DNA from: a bacterium | GTDB lineage: Bacteria; Blakebacterota; Blakebacteria; Blakebacterales; Blakebacteraceae | DNA length: 50,018 nt | Direction: 5' to 3' | Assembly: GCA_025774615.1 (NCBI GenBank) | Contig: JALGVQ010000019.1 | Coordinates: 1 to 50,018 of the forward strand | In this document: positions 26,690 through 35,430 of the stretch, in pieces | Numbering within the stretch: position 1 is the stretch's first letter | Layout: each line of letters begins with the position of its first letter | Translations under genes and position numbers: made by a program | The notes under the pieces: generated by a model | What the model was told of the DNA's origin: nothing | Databases searched by the model: none | The model's input: only the letters and a program-made list of their open reading frames with translations

Positions 26690-28201
26690 GTGGAACCGCT
26701 TCTGCGGATGGAATCGATCATCAAGGCCTTCTCAGGCGTGCGTGTCCTGCACGGCGTCGAATTCGAAGTTCTGCCGGGGGAAGTGATGGCCCTCGTAGGA
26801 GAGAACGGGGCGGGGAAGTCCACCCTGATGAAGATCGTGGCCGGTGTTCATCAAGAGTGGCAGGGGGACCTTCATTTCGACGGCGAGCAGGTCAGGTTTC
26901 CTGCTACCCGGGCCGCCGAGGAAGCCGGCATCGCTATCATCTACCAGGAATTGAACCTGGTGCCCGGTCTCACCGTGGCCGAGAACATGTTCCTCGGCCG
27001 GGAGCCGACCCGATTCGGCGGTGTCATCGACTACGCAGCCATGAACCGGATGGCGCGTGAGATCATGGACTCGCTCCATTTCGACGATCCGGTGACGATC
27101 CCGGTTTCGGAACTCCGTATCGGCGGCCAGCAGCTCGTGGAGATCGGCAAGGCGCTCTCACTCGATGCCCGCCTGCTGGTGATGGATGAACCGACCTCGG
27201 CCCTGACCGGGGCGGAGGCTGAAATCCTCTTCACGGTTGTTCGAAAACTGCGTTCAGATGGGGTCTCGATCGTCTATATCTCGCACCGTCTCGATGAACT
27301 CTACCAGATAGCCGATCGGGTGACGGTCATGCGCGACGGCAGAACGGTCGGCGTTATGAACGCGGAGGATATATCCCGCCGGGAACTGATCAGCCTGATG
27401 GTCGGACGTGATTTCGAACAATTCTTTGTCAGGGAGGGGGAACCGGACGAGGATGTCGTGTTCAGGGTGCGCAATCTCACACGGGTGAACGAGGTGCCTG
27501 GCAGGCGTGCTCTGCTTGATGACATCTCCTTCGAAGTACGTCGGGGCGAGCAGTTCGGTATCGCCGGACTACTCGGCTCGGGGCGGACAGAACTGCTGGA
27601 GGCGCTGTTCGGCGTGGCTGCCCGCGACACGCGTGGAAGAGTGGAACTTGAGGGGGTGGAACTGGATCTCTCCAATCCGCGCCAGGCGATCGAGGCCGGG
27701 ATCGCGCTGCTCACGGAGGACCGGAAGGGCAACGGGCTCGTGCTTAGCATGAATGTCGAACAGAATCTGACCCTGGCCGCCCTGAAGGAACTCCTCCACC
27801 TCTGCATGATATCTCCCGGGAAGGAACGGGCTCTGGCAGAGGAGTATGTGGACCGGCTGTCGATCGATGTGGCCGACCTCGGCAATCCGATCGAATCTCT
27901 CTCGGGCGGCAATCAGCAGAAAGTGCTTCTCGCCAAGTGGTTGGCAACCCGTCCGAGGGTGCTCCTGCTCGACGAACCGACCAGGGGTGTCGACGTCGGC
28001 GCCAAGCACGAACTCTACATCTACCTTTCGAAGCTGGCTGAAGAAGGGGTCTCGATCATCATGACATCATCCGAACTTCCGGAACTCCTCTCGATCTGCG
28101 ATCGGATCATGGTATTGAGGGAAGGTCGGGTTTCGGCTCTCTTCGACCATGAGGAAGCGACCCAGGAGAAGATCCTGCACGCCGCGGCGCCAGCGGCATG
28201 A
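26690..28201 (+). CDS. sugar ABC transporter ATP-binding protein (RbsA/MglA-like, two ABC domains)
   Basis: GTG 26690 (VEPLLRMESIIKAF) follows AAGAGG and the preceding stop; ATG 26708 is an alternative. Walker A GENGAGKST, a second domain GLLGSGRTE, and signature LSGGNQQK. The listed start at 26582 overlaps the isomerase gene and is rejected. Confidence 0.9.
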   Translation: MEPLLRMESIIKAFSGVRVLHGVEFEVLPGEVMALVGENGAGKSTLMKIVAGVHQEWQGDLHFDGEQVRFPATRAAEEAGIAIIYQELNLVPGLTVAENMFLGREPTRFGGVIDYAAMNRMAREIMDSLHFDDPVTIPVSELRIGGQQLVEIGKALSLDARLLVMDEPTSALTGAEAEILFTVVRKLRSDGVSIVYISHRLDELYQIADRVTVMRDGRTVGVMNAEDISRRELISLMVGRDFEQFFVREGEPDEDVVFRVRNLTRVNEVPGRRALLDDISFEVRRGEQFGIAGLLGSGRTELLEALFGVAARDTRGRVELEGVELDLSNPRQAIEAGIALLTEDRKGNGLVLSMNVEQNLTLAALKELLHLCMISPGKERALAEEYVDRLSIDVADLGNPIESLSGGNQQKVLLAKWLATRPRVLLLDEPTRGVDVGAKHELYIYLSKLAEEGVSIIMTSSELPELLSICDRIMVLREGRVSALFDHEEATQEKILHAAAPAA

Positions 28202-29412
28202 ACCGGAGAACGATGAACGGGCTCGACGAACAGATGACCGGCACGACATCAACCGCACGCGGGCTGGCCCGCCGCCTCGGTCCCTTCCTCGGTCTGATCG
28301 GGATCCTCCTTGCCGGGGTTGTCCTTAACGGTCAGACCTTCCTCAGTCTCTACAACCAGCTGAATGTGCTCGGTCGGGTATCGATCATCGCCCTGCCGGC
28401 GATCGGTATGACACTGGTCATCATCTCGGCCGGTATCGATCTCTCTGTCGGTAGCCTGCTCTCCCTCTCAACGGTTGCCTGTGCCATGCTCCTCATGGAG
28501 CGGGAGTGGACCCGCGCTACCTCGATCACAGTGCCCCTCTTCATCCTGTTCGCGCTCATGGTGGGTTACTTTATCGGCAGAGGTATCCTCATCCACAAAG
28601 GCCACGATCGGAAACGGGCCGACATTGTCGGTCTGATCGCAGGGCTCCTGATGGCGGTAGCTGTCGGATTGTGGAGCAGTGCGCAGGTGGCACATGGTTT
28701 CAGCACCATCGCGGTCCTGCTGATCATCCCGATCCTGGGATTATTCCTCGGGGCTTTCAACGGTGTGATCATCGCGAAAGGGAGGATCCAGCCCTTCATC
28801 GTGACGCTGGGGATGATGAGTGCGGCCATGGGACTGGCGAAATTCATCGCCGGCAGGGGTGGGCAGATCCACCCGATCTACTACCAGTCAGCCGGGTACA
28901 GCGCTGAAGGAACCGTCAACATCGCCCCTCAGAGCTTCGACTTTCTGAGTAGCCAGGTGGTGATCCACTTCACACTGACCAGACTCCGTTTCGGGCGGCA
29001 CATCTATGCCATAGGCGGCAATGAGGAGACAGCTCGGCTCTCAGGCGTGAACGTCGACCGGGTGAAGATGATGGTCTACGGGATCTGCGGGAGTCTCTCG
29101 GCACTGGCCGGAGTGCTCTATTGTGCCTCCTACAGCCAGGGGAAGCCGGACGCGGGCGCCACCTGGGAACTCGACGCCATCGCTGCGGTTGTGATCGGCG
29201 GCACCAGCCTGATGGGTGGCAGGGGGACGGTGATCGGGACGATGGTAGGGGTTCTCATACTCGGATACCTGGGGAATATCCTGAACCTCCAGGAAGTACC
29301 GAGTGAAGTGCAGGACATCCTGAAGGGTGTGATCATCATCGGTGCTGTCCTCCTCCAGGAGGGTACGCTCCTCTGGTGGTTGCGGGGCATCAAGCGGAAG
29401 AGGATCAGTTAG
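28198..29412 (+). CDS. sugar ABC transporter permease (RbsC-like)
   Basis: 404 aa, polytopic. FGRHIYAIGGNEETARLSGVNV is the typical RbsC-family loop. ATGA overlap with the ATPase gene. Confidence 0.85.
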   Translation: MNRRTMNGLDEQMTGTTSTARGLARRLGPFLGLIGILLAGVVLNGQTFLSLYNQLNVLGRVSIIALPAIGMTLVIISAGIDLSVGSLLSLSTVACAMLLMEREWTRATSITVPLFILFALMVGYFIGRGILIHKGHDRKRADIVGLIAGLLMAVAVGLWSSAQVAHGFSTIAVLLIIPILGLFLGAFNGVIIAKGRIQPFIVTLGMMSAAMGLAKFIAGRGGQIHPIYYQSAGYSAEGTVNIAPQSFDFLSSQVVIHFTLTRLRFGRHIYAIGGNEETARLSGVNVDRVKMMVYGICGSLSALAGVLYCASYSQGKPDAGATWELDAIAAVVIGGTSLMGGRGTVIGTMVGVLILGYLGNILNLQEVPSEVQDILKGVIIIGAVLLQEGTLLWWLRGIKRKRIS

Positions 29413-29457
29413 AGAGGCCGGTATCCGGCACGGACGAATTCCCGGGAGGGATACAGT

Positions 29458-30468
29458 ATGGAGCAGAAAATGCACGACCGGATCGGAGCCATCCACACCA
29501 GACGATATCTGTTGTCCGCACTGACGATTCTCCTGCTGTTGCCGGTCGTGATGACCGGGTGCGCGAAGTCGGCGGATGAGGGAACGTGGGTTATCGGCTT
29601 CTCGCAGGTGACGGTGAAGGAGCCGTGGCGGGTGGTCTTCAACGAGAACCTGAGGGCGAAGGCGCTCGAGTACGGTGATGCGGTCGATCTGATCGTGCTC
29701 GATGCCGATGACAGGACCGAGAACCAGGTCGAACATATCCAGATCTTCATATCACGGCAGGTGGACGCAATCCTGATCTCTCCGAAGGAAGCCTCAGGAT
29801 GCTCGCGCGCGATCCAGGAGGCCACTGAAGCGGGAATCCCGGTGATCGTGCTCGACCGTGACACGACCTGGAAGGGATACGCGGCGTTCATCGGGGCGAG
29901 CAATCTGGTCATCGGTCGTGCCGCAGGGACGTATGCGGTCCAGCAACTGGGTGGTGCCGGGTCGGCTGAAGGGAAGATCTACGAGATCTGCGGTGCGCTG
30001 GCTTCGACACCGGCCCAGGAGAGACGCGACGGATTTCACGAGGTCGTCGGTCAGGAGCCGGGGGTAGTGATTCTGGGCGGTCTCGACGGCGACTGGAAGC
30101 TCGATCAGGGCAAGGCCATCGCACAGGACGCTCTCCAGATCCACCGGGATATAGACATCATCTACGCGCACAACGATCCGATGGCATACGGAGCATACCA
30201 GGCCGCGCGTGAGATGGGTGTCGCCGACCGGATCAGGTTCCTCGGTATCGACGGTCTGCCCGAGGAGGGGGCCGTGTGGGTCCGGAACGGGATACTGGCA
30301 GCGACCTTCCTCTACTCGACTCCGGGAGAAGCAGGGCTCGAAATCGCCATCGATATTCTCGAGGGGCGCCGTGAGATCACGCCCGGCGAGCGGATCACCC
30401 TTCCGACCGCGACCATCACCGCGGAGAACGTCACGGAATTCCTGAAGCAGGATGATCCACGCCCGTGA
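29458..30468 (+). CDS. sugar ABC transporter substrate-binding lipoprotein (type I periplasmic binding protein, RbsB-like)
   Basis: 336 aa. GGGAGGG RBS. Lipobox VVMTGC. Typical PBP-I segments: GFSQVTVKEPWR, DAILISP, IPVIVLDRD, IYAHNDPMAYGA. Confidence 0.85.
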   Translation: MEQKMHDRIGAIHTRRYLLSALTILLLLPVVMTGCAKSADEGTWVIGFSQVTVKEPWRVVFNENLRAKALEYGDAVDLIVLDADDRTENQVEHIQIFISRQVDAILISPKEASGCSRAIQEATEAGIPVIVLDRDTTWKGYAAFIGASNLVIGRAAGTYAVQQLGGAGSAEGKIYEICGALASTPAQERRDGFHEVVGQEPGVVILGGLDGDWKLDQGKAIAQDALQIHRDIDIIYAHNDPMAYGAYQAAREMGVADRIRFLGIDGLPEEGAVWVRNGILAATFLYSTPGEAGLEIAIDILEGRREITPGERITLPTATITAENVTEFLKQDDPRP

Positions 30469-30487
30469 TCTGAACGGGATCACGGGC
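30461..30487. terminator. perfect 10-bp hairpin between convergent genes (no U-tract)
   Basis: GCCCGTGATC (30461-30470), loop TGAACGG, GATCACGGGC (30478-30487). It overlaps the stop codon at 30466-30468 and lies 20 nt from the convergent stop at 30508. No T-run follows, so terminator function is uncertain. Confidence 0.35.
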
Positions 30488-30507
30488 TGATCAGCCGGCC
30501 GGACAGA

Positions 30508-31668
30508 TCACTTCGCGATCGCAAGAGCCTCCCGAGAGGGCAGAGTCGGGAAGGGCGCGTGCGGTTCCGCCTGGTACCAGAACGCCACCGATGAAATGTC
30601 ATCCTGAAGATGCAGATACCGTCCTTCACTCTTCCAGCCAAGAGCCTGCATCGTCACCCTGAGATCCTTCTCGAAACGTACTGGATCCATGATGTGCCAC
30701 CGGTAGAGACCGAAGCGGGGTGGCGTGTTCCGCTCCTCGTTCGGTCTGAGGACCTGCGGCATGCCGGCATAGGGGGTGCTGAACTCCATGTAATCCCGGG
30801 TCCTCGGATTCGAGAATCCGTATGAGCCACAGAAGTAGTCCTCGGTGCCCGTACCGCAGATGGTGGGAAACTCTCCGTCTCCATCCATGAAGAACTTGAT
30901 CTCACCCTCACCCCACCAGCCGGGACTGTTTGCCCCCCAGCACATGTAGGTGCCGACGTACTGCCCCTGACCACTGACACCCTCAAGGATGGTGAAATCC
31001 TCCATGTCAGGCAGGGGATTGGAGCGACGGAACTGGGCATGGAAGTATCCGGCGTCACGGGGAATCTCTGTCAGGGTGTAGTCGATCTGGTAATAGAGGG
31101 TCATGCCCCGTTCGTCGATGTTCTCCATGGTGACCCGGCACGACCCTCTGAAGGGCATCGTCCAGTAGCAGTTGAAACCACTGCCGGGATTGACGCAGAC
31201 GGCCAGTGAATTCACGTGCGCGAACTCGCCCCATCCGTTGGCGAAGAAATCGCCCACCGGGACCTCGATCGACGCTTCGTTCTCACCGTCCCAGTAGAAG
31301 CGGAGGATCGAGTGCCGCCAGTTACCGGTCGGGGTCATCCAGATATGCTGGATCGCTCCCGGTCCATCGATCTCGGCAAGGGTGAAGGTCTCCCCGGCGG
31401 AGATACGCACCGAGGGCGAGACTTTCCAGCCCTGTCCCAGTTCGCGGGCGGCATTGGCACCGGTGCCCTCAGTTGCCATCCCGGCCATTCCCTTCTCACC
31501 GGTGAAGCTCTCGGGGCTGATCGAACGAGTCTTCGCGTCGCTCAGGAGCGGGAGGGTGGAGAGGCTCATCTCGAGCCCGTCGAAGTCTTCCCGGTCGGCG
31601 CAGCCAGAAAGGGGCGCGACGCACATCCCGAACAGCGCTATTGCGGTGACAGCCTTCAGCATCAACAT
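30508..31668 (-). CDS. DUF2961 / GH172-family lipoprotein
   Basis: 386 aa. Lipobox PLSGC. Hallmark WWGEGEIKFFMDGDGEFPTICGTGTEDYFCGSYGF. Confidence 0.8.
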   Translation of the reverse strand: MLMLKAVTAIALFGMCVAPLSGCADREDFDGLEMSLSTLPLLSDAKTRSISPESFTGEKGMAGMATEGTGANAARELGQGWKVSPSVRISAGETFTLAEIDGPGAIQHIWMTPTGNWRHSILRFYWDGENEASIEVPVGDFFANGWGEFAHVNSLAVCVNPGSGFNCYWTMPFRGSCRVTMENIDERGMTLYYQIDYTLTEIPRDAGYFHAQFRRSNPLPDMEDFTILEGVSGQGQYVGTYMCWGANSPGWWGEGEIKFFMDGDGEFPTICGTGTEDYFCGSYGFSNPRTRDYMEFSTPYAGMPQVLRPNEERNTPPRFGLYRWHIMDPVRFEKDLRVTMQALGWKSEGRYLHLQDDISSVAFWYQAEPHAPFPTLPSREALAIAK

Positions 31669-31732
31669 GGCACGGTCTCCTGTTTTGTGGATCGATACCT
31701 CAATGTCAGTTTCTGGACGGCTGGTCTGGATA

Positions 31733-34072
31733 TCATCGGGTCCGTTCTTCCCTCGGCCGGACAGGTGGTCGGATGACTATCCTGTCGACCAGGGTGACTT
31801 TCTCTTCCGAACCATCTTCGTAGACGATCCGGATGGTCCGCGGCGTGCCAGTTTCATTAACGAGTACCCAGCGTCGACCTCTTTTCCGGACCTCTACCCG
31901 ATCGATCCCGAAGGCCTGATCGCGGTCGCGGTCGATGTAGACATGGCCCCAGTGATCGAGGATACGCATTGCTGCTTCGGCAGCGGCCCCATTGCCCCAG
32001 TCGTAGATGGTGAAGACTCCCATTCCCTCACCTTCGGGGGAGGTGCGGCCGCCGTGGCCGTAGTTCTCCATGGTGAAGCCGTAGTCTTCCGGCCCGAACC
32101 AGGGGTAGACCTTTTCCCACATCTCCCGCACGATCGGATTCTCGGGGCAATACATCATGATGAAGCCCGACTTCAATGCCGCGATGCCGCGCTCGAAGCA
32201 GGCAGGATCGCCGGTCCAGCGATAGTAGTCGAGGAAGAGTTCGGCGAAGAGTGTTTCACGCGAGTCATTCCACTCCCCGTCGGCATTCATCACCCCAAAT
32301 CCACCCAGTGCGGGCACATGGATGAAGGGGGGCTGCCAGACCTGCTGGGCCATGGAGAGTTCATCCAGGGTACGCCACCCGAAGCCGAGGTAGTGCTGGC
32401 TGCCGGTCACGCGCCATGCCTGCAGGAGCGCTTCGGCTGTCCAGAACATCGACAGGGTGTTCTGCTTGTGCATGGCATTGCGATCGATCTTCCGATCGAG
32501 GTACATATCACGACCCCAGCCGCAGCACGACCAGTAGGTCTCGTAATCGAGCCAGTTGCCCTCAGGGACGATCTCGGCAAGCACAGCATCCATGGCCCTG
32601 AGCGCGGCCTCGCGGTAGCGGGATTCGCCGGTCACCCCGGCCAGTTCGAGCAGGAAGGTCACGCTCATGCTTGTCTCGGGGGTACGGTTCATGACCGGGC
32701 CAGGTGCGTGGGTCTCCGGATGGAGCCAGCCCGGGAAGAATCCCTCTTCGCCCTGAAGGGTGAGCAGGCGGTCGCCCCAGGCGCGGGCGTAGTCGACCAG
32801 GCGCTCATCGCTCTCCAGTTCCAGGTGCCAGCGGAGCATGAGCAGGGCGGTCCAGCTGGCATCCAGGACATGGTACCAGTCGTCAGAGATGCCGTGATCG
32901 CGGGGAGAGCGGTTCGAATTGGTCCAGACAGCCTCATCCCAGTCCAGCGGACGACGATACTGCTCCCCGTCGATCTCCACCGTCTCATTGGGAGTGCGTA
33001 TCACGGCGGGGAACACACCGTCCGTCATCGGCGCTGCCAGGGCCAGTTCCTTCGTGAGCCGTGCTTTGCGCAGCAACTCCTCATCGCCGATGTCCCGCGC
33101 ATATCGATAGAGCCCCGATGCGCTGCGCAGAGACGAGAACCAGGTCTGGTTCCAGATCGAGAGGAATTCCCGCTGGTACCACACACCCGGGTAGTTGGGC
33201 GACTGGGAGATGTTGACGATGAACTGCGGAGCGCCCACCCGCACGCCACCCAGATCGAACTCCTGCCAGACGAAATCACCCCATGATTCGAAGGCCCAGT
33301 CGTATGTGTGCTGCGTATAGGTCTCAAGCGATGCCTGGACCGGTTCCCCTGCGACCAGGAGGGGGCTCCCCCAGCGTCCCCACAGGAAGGATGTCACCGG
33401 CGACCAGGGATTTCGCACTCCCCACTGGTCCTTCCAGACACGGATGAAGAAAGAGAGCTCCACCTCACCGGCCTCGATAGTCATCCCTGGTGCCTTCGTG
33501 TAGAGAACGTGGACGGGGATGTCGGTCAGGGTCATGCCGAGCCACAGCTGCCGGGCAGGAGCGTCCAGATCGAGGAACCAGGGATTGCCTGGCCGATCTC
33601 CGACCAGGTCCAGGTCGGGAACGATGGCCAGGCTGAGGTGATCCTGCTGGACGATCAGGGCGGGGGAGCGGAAGACGTGCTGCGCGATCACGTATCCCTC
33701 TTCCGGGGCGAGATGAGGCGCCCACCAGAAATCGGGTTCCATGGAGAGATCGAACATCACGGAGAGTTCGTCCTGGGTTATCTCGTGAGGGACCTCCCAC
33801 CGCATGCTCACCTGCTGCCAGCCCTCTTCTACCGCCCGGACCGACACCCGGGGCAGACCGATTCCGGCCAGTTCGGGAAGCTGAAAGTCCATGCACGCTT
33901 CCTCGTTGAGGGTCACCCGGTAACCTGAAACGGTTCGCGTGATGGACATCTCATCATCGGGCCCCGTCCGGGAAGTGGTTCCATCCCGGCTGCAGCCTCC
34001 GCAGACTCCCATGAAGCCGATAAGCACGACAAAGACGACCAGGTTTATTTTCTTGATGCTCATGACGGTCAT
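31733..34072 (-). CDS. 779-aa lipoprotein of unknown function (helical-repeat / toroid-like C-terminal half)
   Basis: Signal and lipobox (VLIGFMGVCGGCSRDG). A second possible start is at 34063. The C-terminal half has repeated W/Y-rich helix pairs (WTALLMLRWHLE, FLLELAGVTGESRYREAALRAMD, FWTAEALLQAWRVTG) suggesting an (alpha/alpha)6-type domain. No family assigned. Confidence 0.75.
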   Translation of the reverse strand: MTVMSIKKINLVVFVVLIGFMGVCGGCSRDGTTSRTGPDDEMSITRTVSGYRVTLNEEACMDFQLPELAGIGLPRVSVRAVEEGWQQVSMRWEVPHEITQDELSVMFDLSMEPDFWWAPHLAPEEGYVIAQHVFRSPALIVQQDHLSLAIVPDLDLVGDRPGNPWFLDLDAPARQLWLGMTLTDIPVHVLYTKAPGMTIEAGEVELSFFIRVWKDQWGVRNPWSPVTSFLWGRWGSPLLVAGEPVQASLETYTQHTYDWAFESWGDFVWQEFDLGGVRVGAPQFIVNISQSPNYPGVWYQREFLSIWNQTWFSSLRSASGLYRYARDIGDEELLRKARLTKELALAAPMTDGVFPAVIRTPNETVEIDGEQYRRPLDWDEAVWTNSNRSPRDHGISDDWYHVLDASWTALLMLRWHLELESDERLVDYARAWGDRLLTLQGEEGFFPGWLHPETHAPGPVMNRTPETSMSVTFLLELAGVTGESRYREAALRAMDAVLAEIVPEGNWLDYETYWSCCGWGRDMYLDRKIDRNAMHKQNTLSMFWTAEALLQAWRVTGSQHYLGFGWRTLDELSMAQQVWQPPFIHVPALGGFGVMNADGEWNDSRETLFAELFLDYYRWTGDPACFERGIAALKSGFIMMYCPENPIVREMWEKVYPWFGPEDYGFTMENYGHGGRTSPEGEGMGVFTIYDWGNGAAAEAAMRILDHWGHVYIDRDRDQAFGIDRVEVRKRGRRWVLVNETGTPRTIRIVYEDGSEEKVTLVDRIVIRPPVRPREERTR

Positions 34073-34689
34073 TCTCCGGGGGGCTTATACCTGATCCGCT
34101 CCATCGGGAAGGTCTCGGTGATCCGCAGGTAGGAGTCGAGATGCAGGCGTCCGATCACGTTCATCGTCAGCGGATCGATCCCCTCGGCCCGGTCCCACTC
34201 CAGATCCTCGCGCAGCCAGTAAGCCCTCACTTCTCCCAGGATGAGTGAGGCCGGTGGATCCCCGACCGGTACGATCCGTTCCAGGACACATTCCAGGGCA
34301 GCGGGAGAGCCCGCGATACGCGGTACGCTGACCGTTCCGGAGGGTGCCAGTTCGATCCCGATCTCATCAGGTTCGCTCACCCCGTACGGGTACTCGGTGG
34401 CAGTACGGTTCATCTGTTCCGCCTGTTCCTCACTTACCAGGTTCACGACGAACTCACCTGTTGCGGCAACGTTTCGGGGAGTGTCCTTTTCGCCGTGGCG
34501 ACCCTGCCCGGCGCTTATCGAGATCACGGGCGGTTTACTGCGTACACCGCTGAAGAAGCTGTAAGGCGCGGCGTTCACAACACCGTCGGTACTGATGCTG
34601 GTCACCCAGGCGATGGGGCGGGGGACGATCAGACTGATAAGAAGCCGGTGGGCTTCCAGCCCGGTCAGTCCGGCGGGATCGATGATCAT
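34069..34689 (-). CDS. flavin reductase-like (FMN-binding split-barrel) protein
   Basis: 206 aa. HRLLISLIVPRPIAWVTSISTDGVVNAAPYSFF is the characteristic N-terminal pattern of the flavin reductase domain family. The stop overlaps the start of the downstream lipoprotein gene (ATGA on the minus strand, 34069-34072). Confidence 0.8.
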   Translation of the reverse strand: MIIDPAGLTGLEAHRLLISLIVPRPIAWVTSISTDGVVNAAPYSFFSGVRSKPPVISISAGQGRHGEKDTPRNVAATGEFVVNLVSEEQAEQMNRTATEYPYGVSEPDEIGIELAPSGTVSVPRIAGSPAALECVLERIVPVGDPPASLILGEVRAYWLREDLEWDRAEGIDPLTMNVIGRLHLDSYLRITETFPMERIRYKPPGE

Positions 34690-34902
34690 CTCGGGGGTAC
34701 CTCCCGGTTGTCCGATGGTGTCGAACGGCAGATCCGCCTGCCGTCAGACCGCACCGGTCAGAAGGATGGCAGGCACTGGGGATCGGAATATCCTGAGTGT
34801 AGACCTGCCGGGTGAGCTTTGCACCAGTTGAAATGGTCCGTGTCGTTCCCCCCTGTACGGTAGAAAAAGCACTGTACCCACTCCACGATCGAGGAGTTGT
34901 CC

Positions 34903-35079
34903 ATGAAGAAGCGCTTAACTCTGGGTCTGATCCTGCTGCCGGTGATCTGGCTGCTGGTCGGACTCTACAATCTCCTGCCCGACCAAGGTCAGGGCTGGGT
35001 CGTCTTCGGTGCGATGGCCGGTATGGGGATGTCACTCGGCTTTCGAGGAGAGTCAGAAGAAGGGGGGATGAGGGAATGA
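34903..35079 (+). CDS. 58-aa predicted membrane protein (hypothetical)
   Basis: GAGGAG lies 6 nt before ATG 34903. Sequence: MKKRLTLGLILLPVIWLLVGLYNLLPDQGQGWVVFGAMAGMGMSLGFRGESEEGGMRE. One clear hydrophobic helix is followed by a GxxxG-rich second one. The stop overlaps the next ATG (ATGA at 35076-35079). No homolog recognised. Confidence 0.4.
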   Translation: MKKRLTLGLILLPVIWLLVGLYNLLPDQGQGWVVFGAMAGMGMSLGFRGESEEGGMRE

Positions 35080-35318
35080 GGAGCTGCGTATGGGAATGCT
35101 GCAAATACCAGTTCGGCTTCTTCGGGGCCATTGCTGTTATCGGGCTCCTCATGATTGCTCTGGCGGCGCTCACGGTGTCCACTGCTGGAACAGGACTGGC
35201 CGCTCTCATCTCAGCAGCTGTTGCGACTGCGGTTGGCGGCGCTGGTCTTGCCGTGGCCAAGTGTGGAGCCGCTGGTATGGGAGGGACCCTGATCGGCTGC
35301 ATCGCCAGGTGCTTTTAA
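35076..35318 (+). CDS. 80-aa Cys/Gly/Ala-rich predicted membrane protein (hypothetical)
   Basis: An internal Met of the listed 168-aa ORF, whose upstream 88 codons translate to low-complexity sequence. AAGGGGGG lies 8 nt upstream. Sequence: MRSCVWECCKYQFGFFGAIAVIGLLMIALAALTVSTAGTGLAALISAAVATAVGGAGLAVAKCGAAGMGGTLIGCIARCF. The opposing 255-aa ORF is P/R/S/A-rich and looks like a shadow ORF. Confidence 0.4.
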   Translation: MRSCVWECCKYQFGFFGAIAVIGLLMIALAALTVSTAGTGLAALISAAVATAVGGAGLAVAKCGAAGMGGTLIGCIARCF

Positions 35319-35430
35319 AGTCTTCTCGGTGAGCCCGGTAGCCGTCTCGACTGACACTGCGAACAAGGGACCGTAAGCCTCATTTTCGTGGCCTGATCTG
35401 AGGAGCGGGCACAACCAGGATGAACCTGAC

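Noticed and set aside
24991-26823. 610-aa minus-strand ORF opposite the isomerase gene
   Set aside because: The translation is P/G/R/H-rich and has no domain signature. The opposite strand encodes a coherent FucI-family protein followed by an ABC ATPase. Shadow ORF.
31382-33286. 634-aa plus-strand ORF opposite the 779-aa lipoprotein and GH172 genes
   Set aside because: It spans two minus-strand genes and their spacer. The translation is low-complexity with no RBS or motif. Shadow ORF.
34535-35302. 255-aa minus-strand ORF covering the small-ORF region
   Set aside because: The translation is P/A/R/S/T-rich and featureless, and it overlaps the 5' end of the flavin reductase gene. The plus-strand small ORFs have RBSs and coherent hydrophobic helices, so I favour those, with modest confidence.
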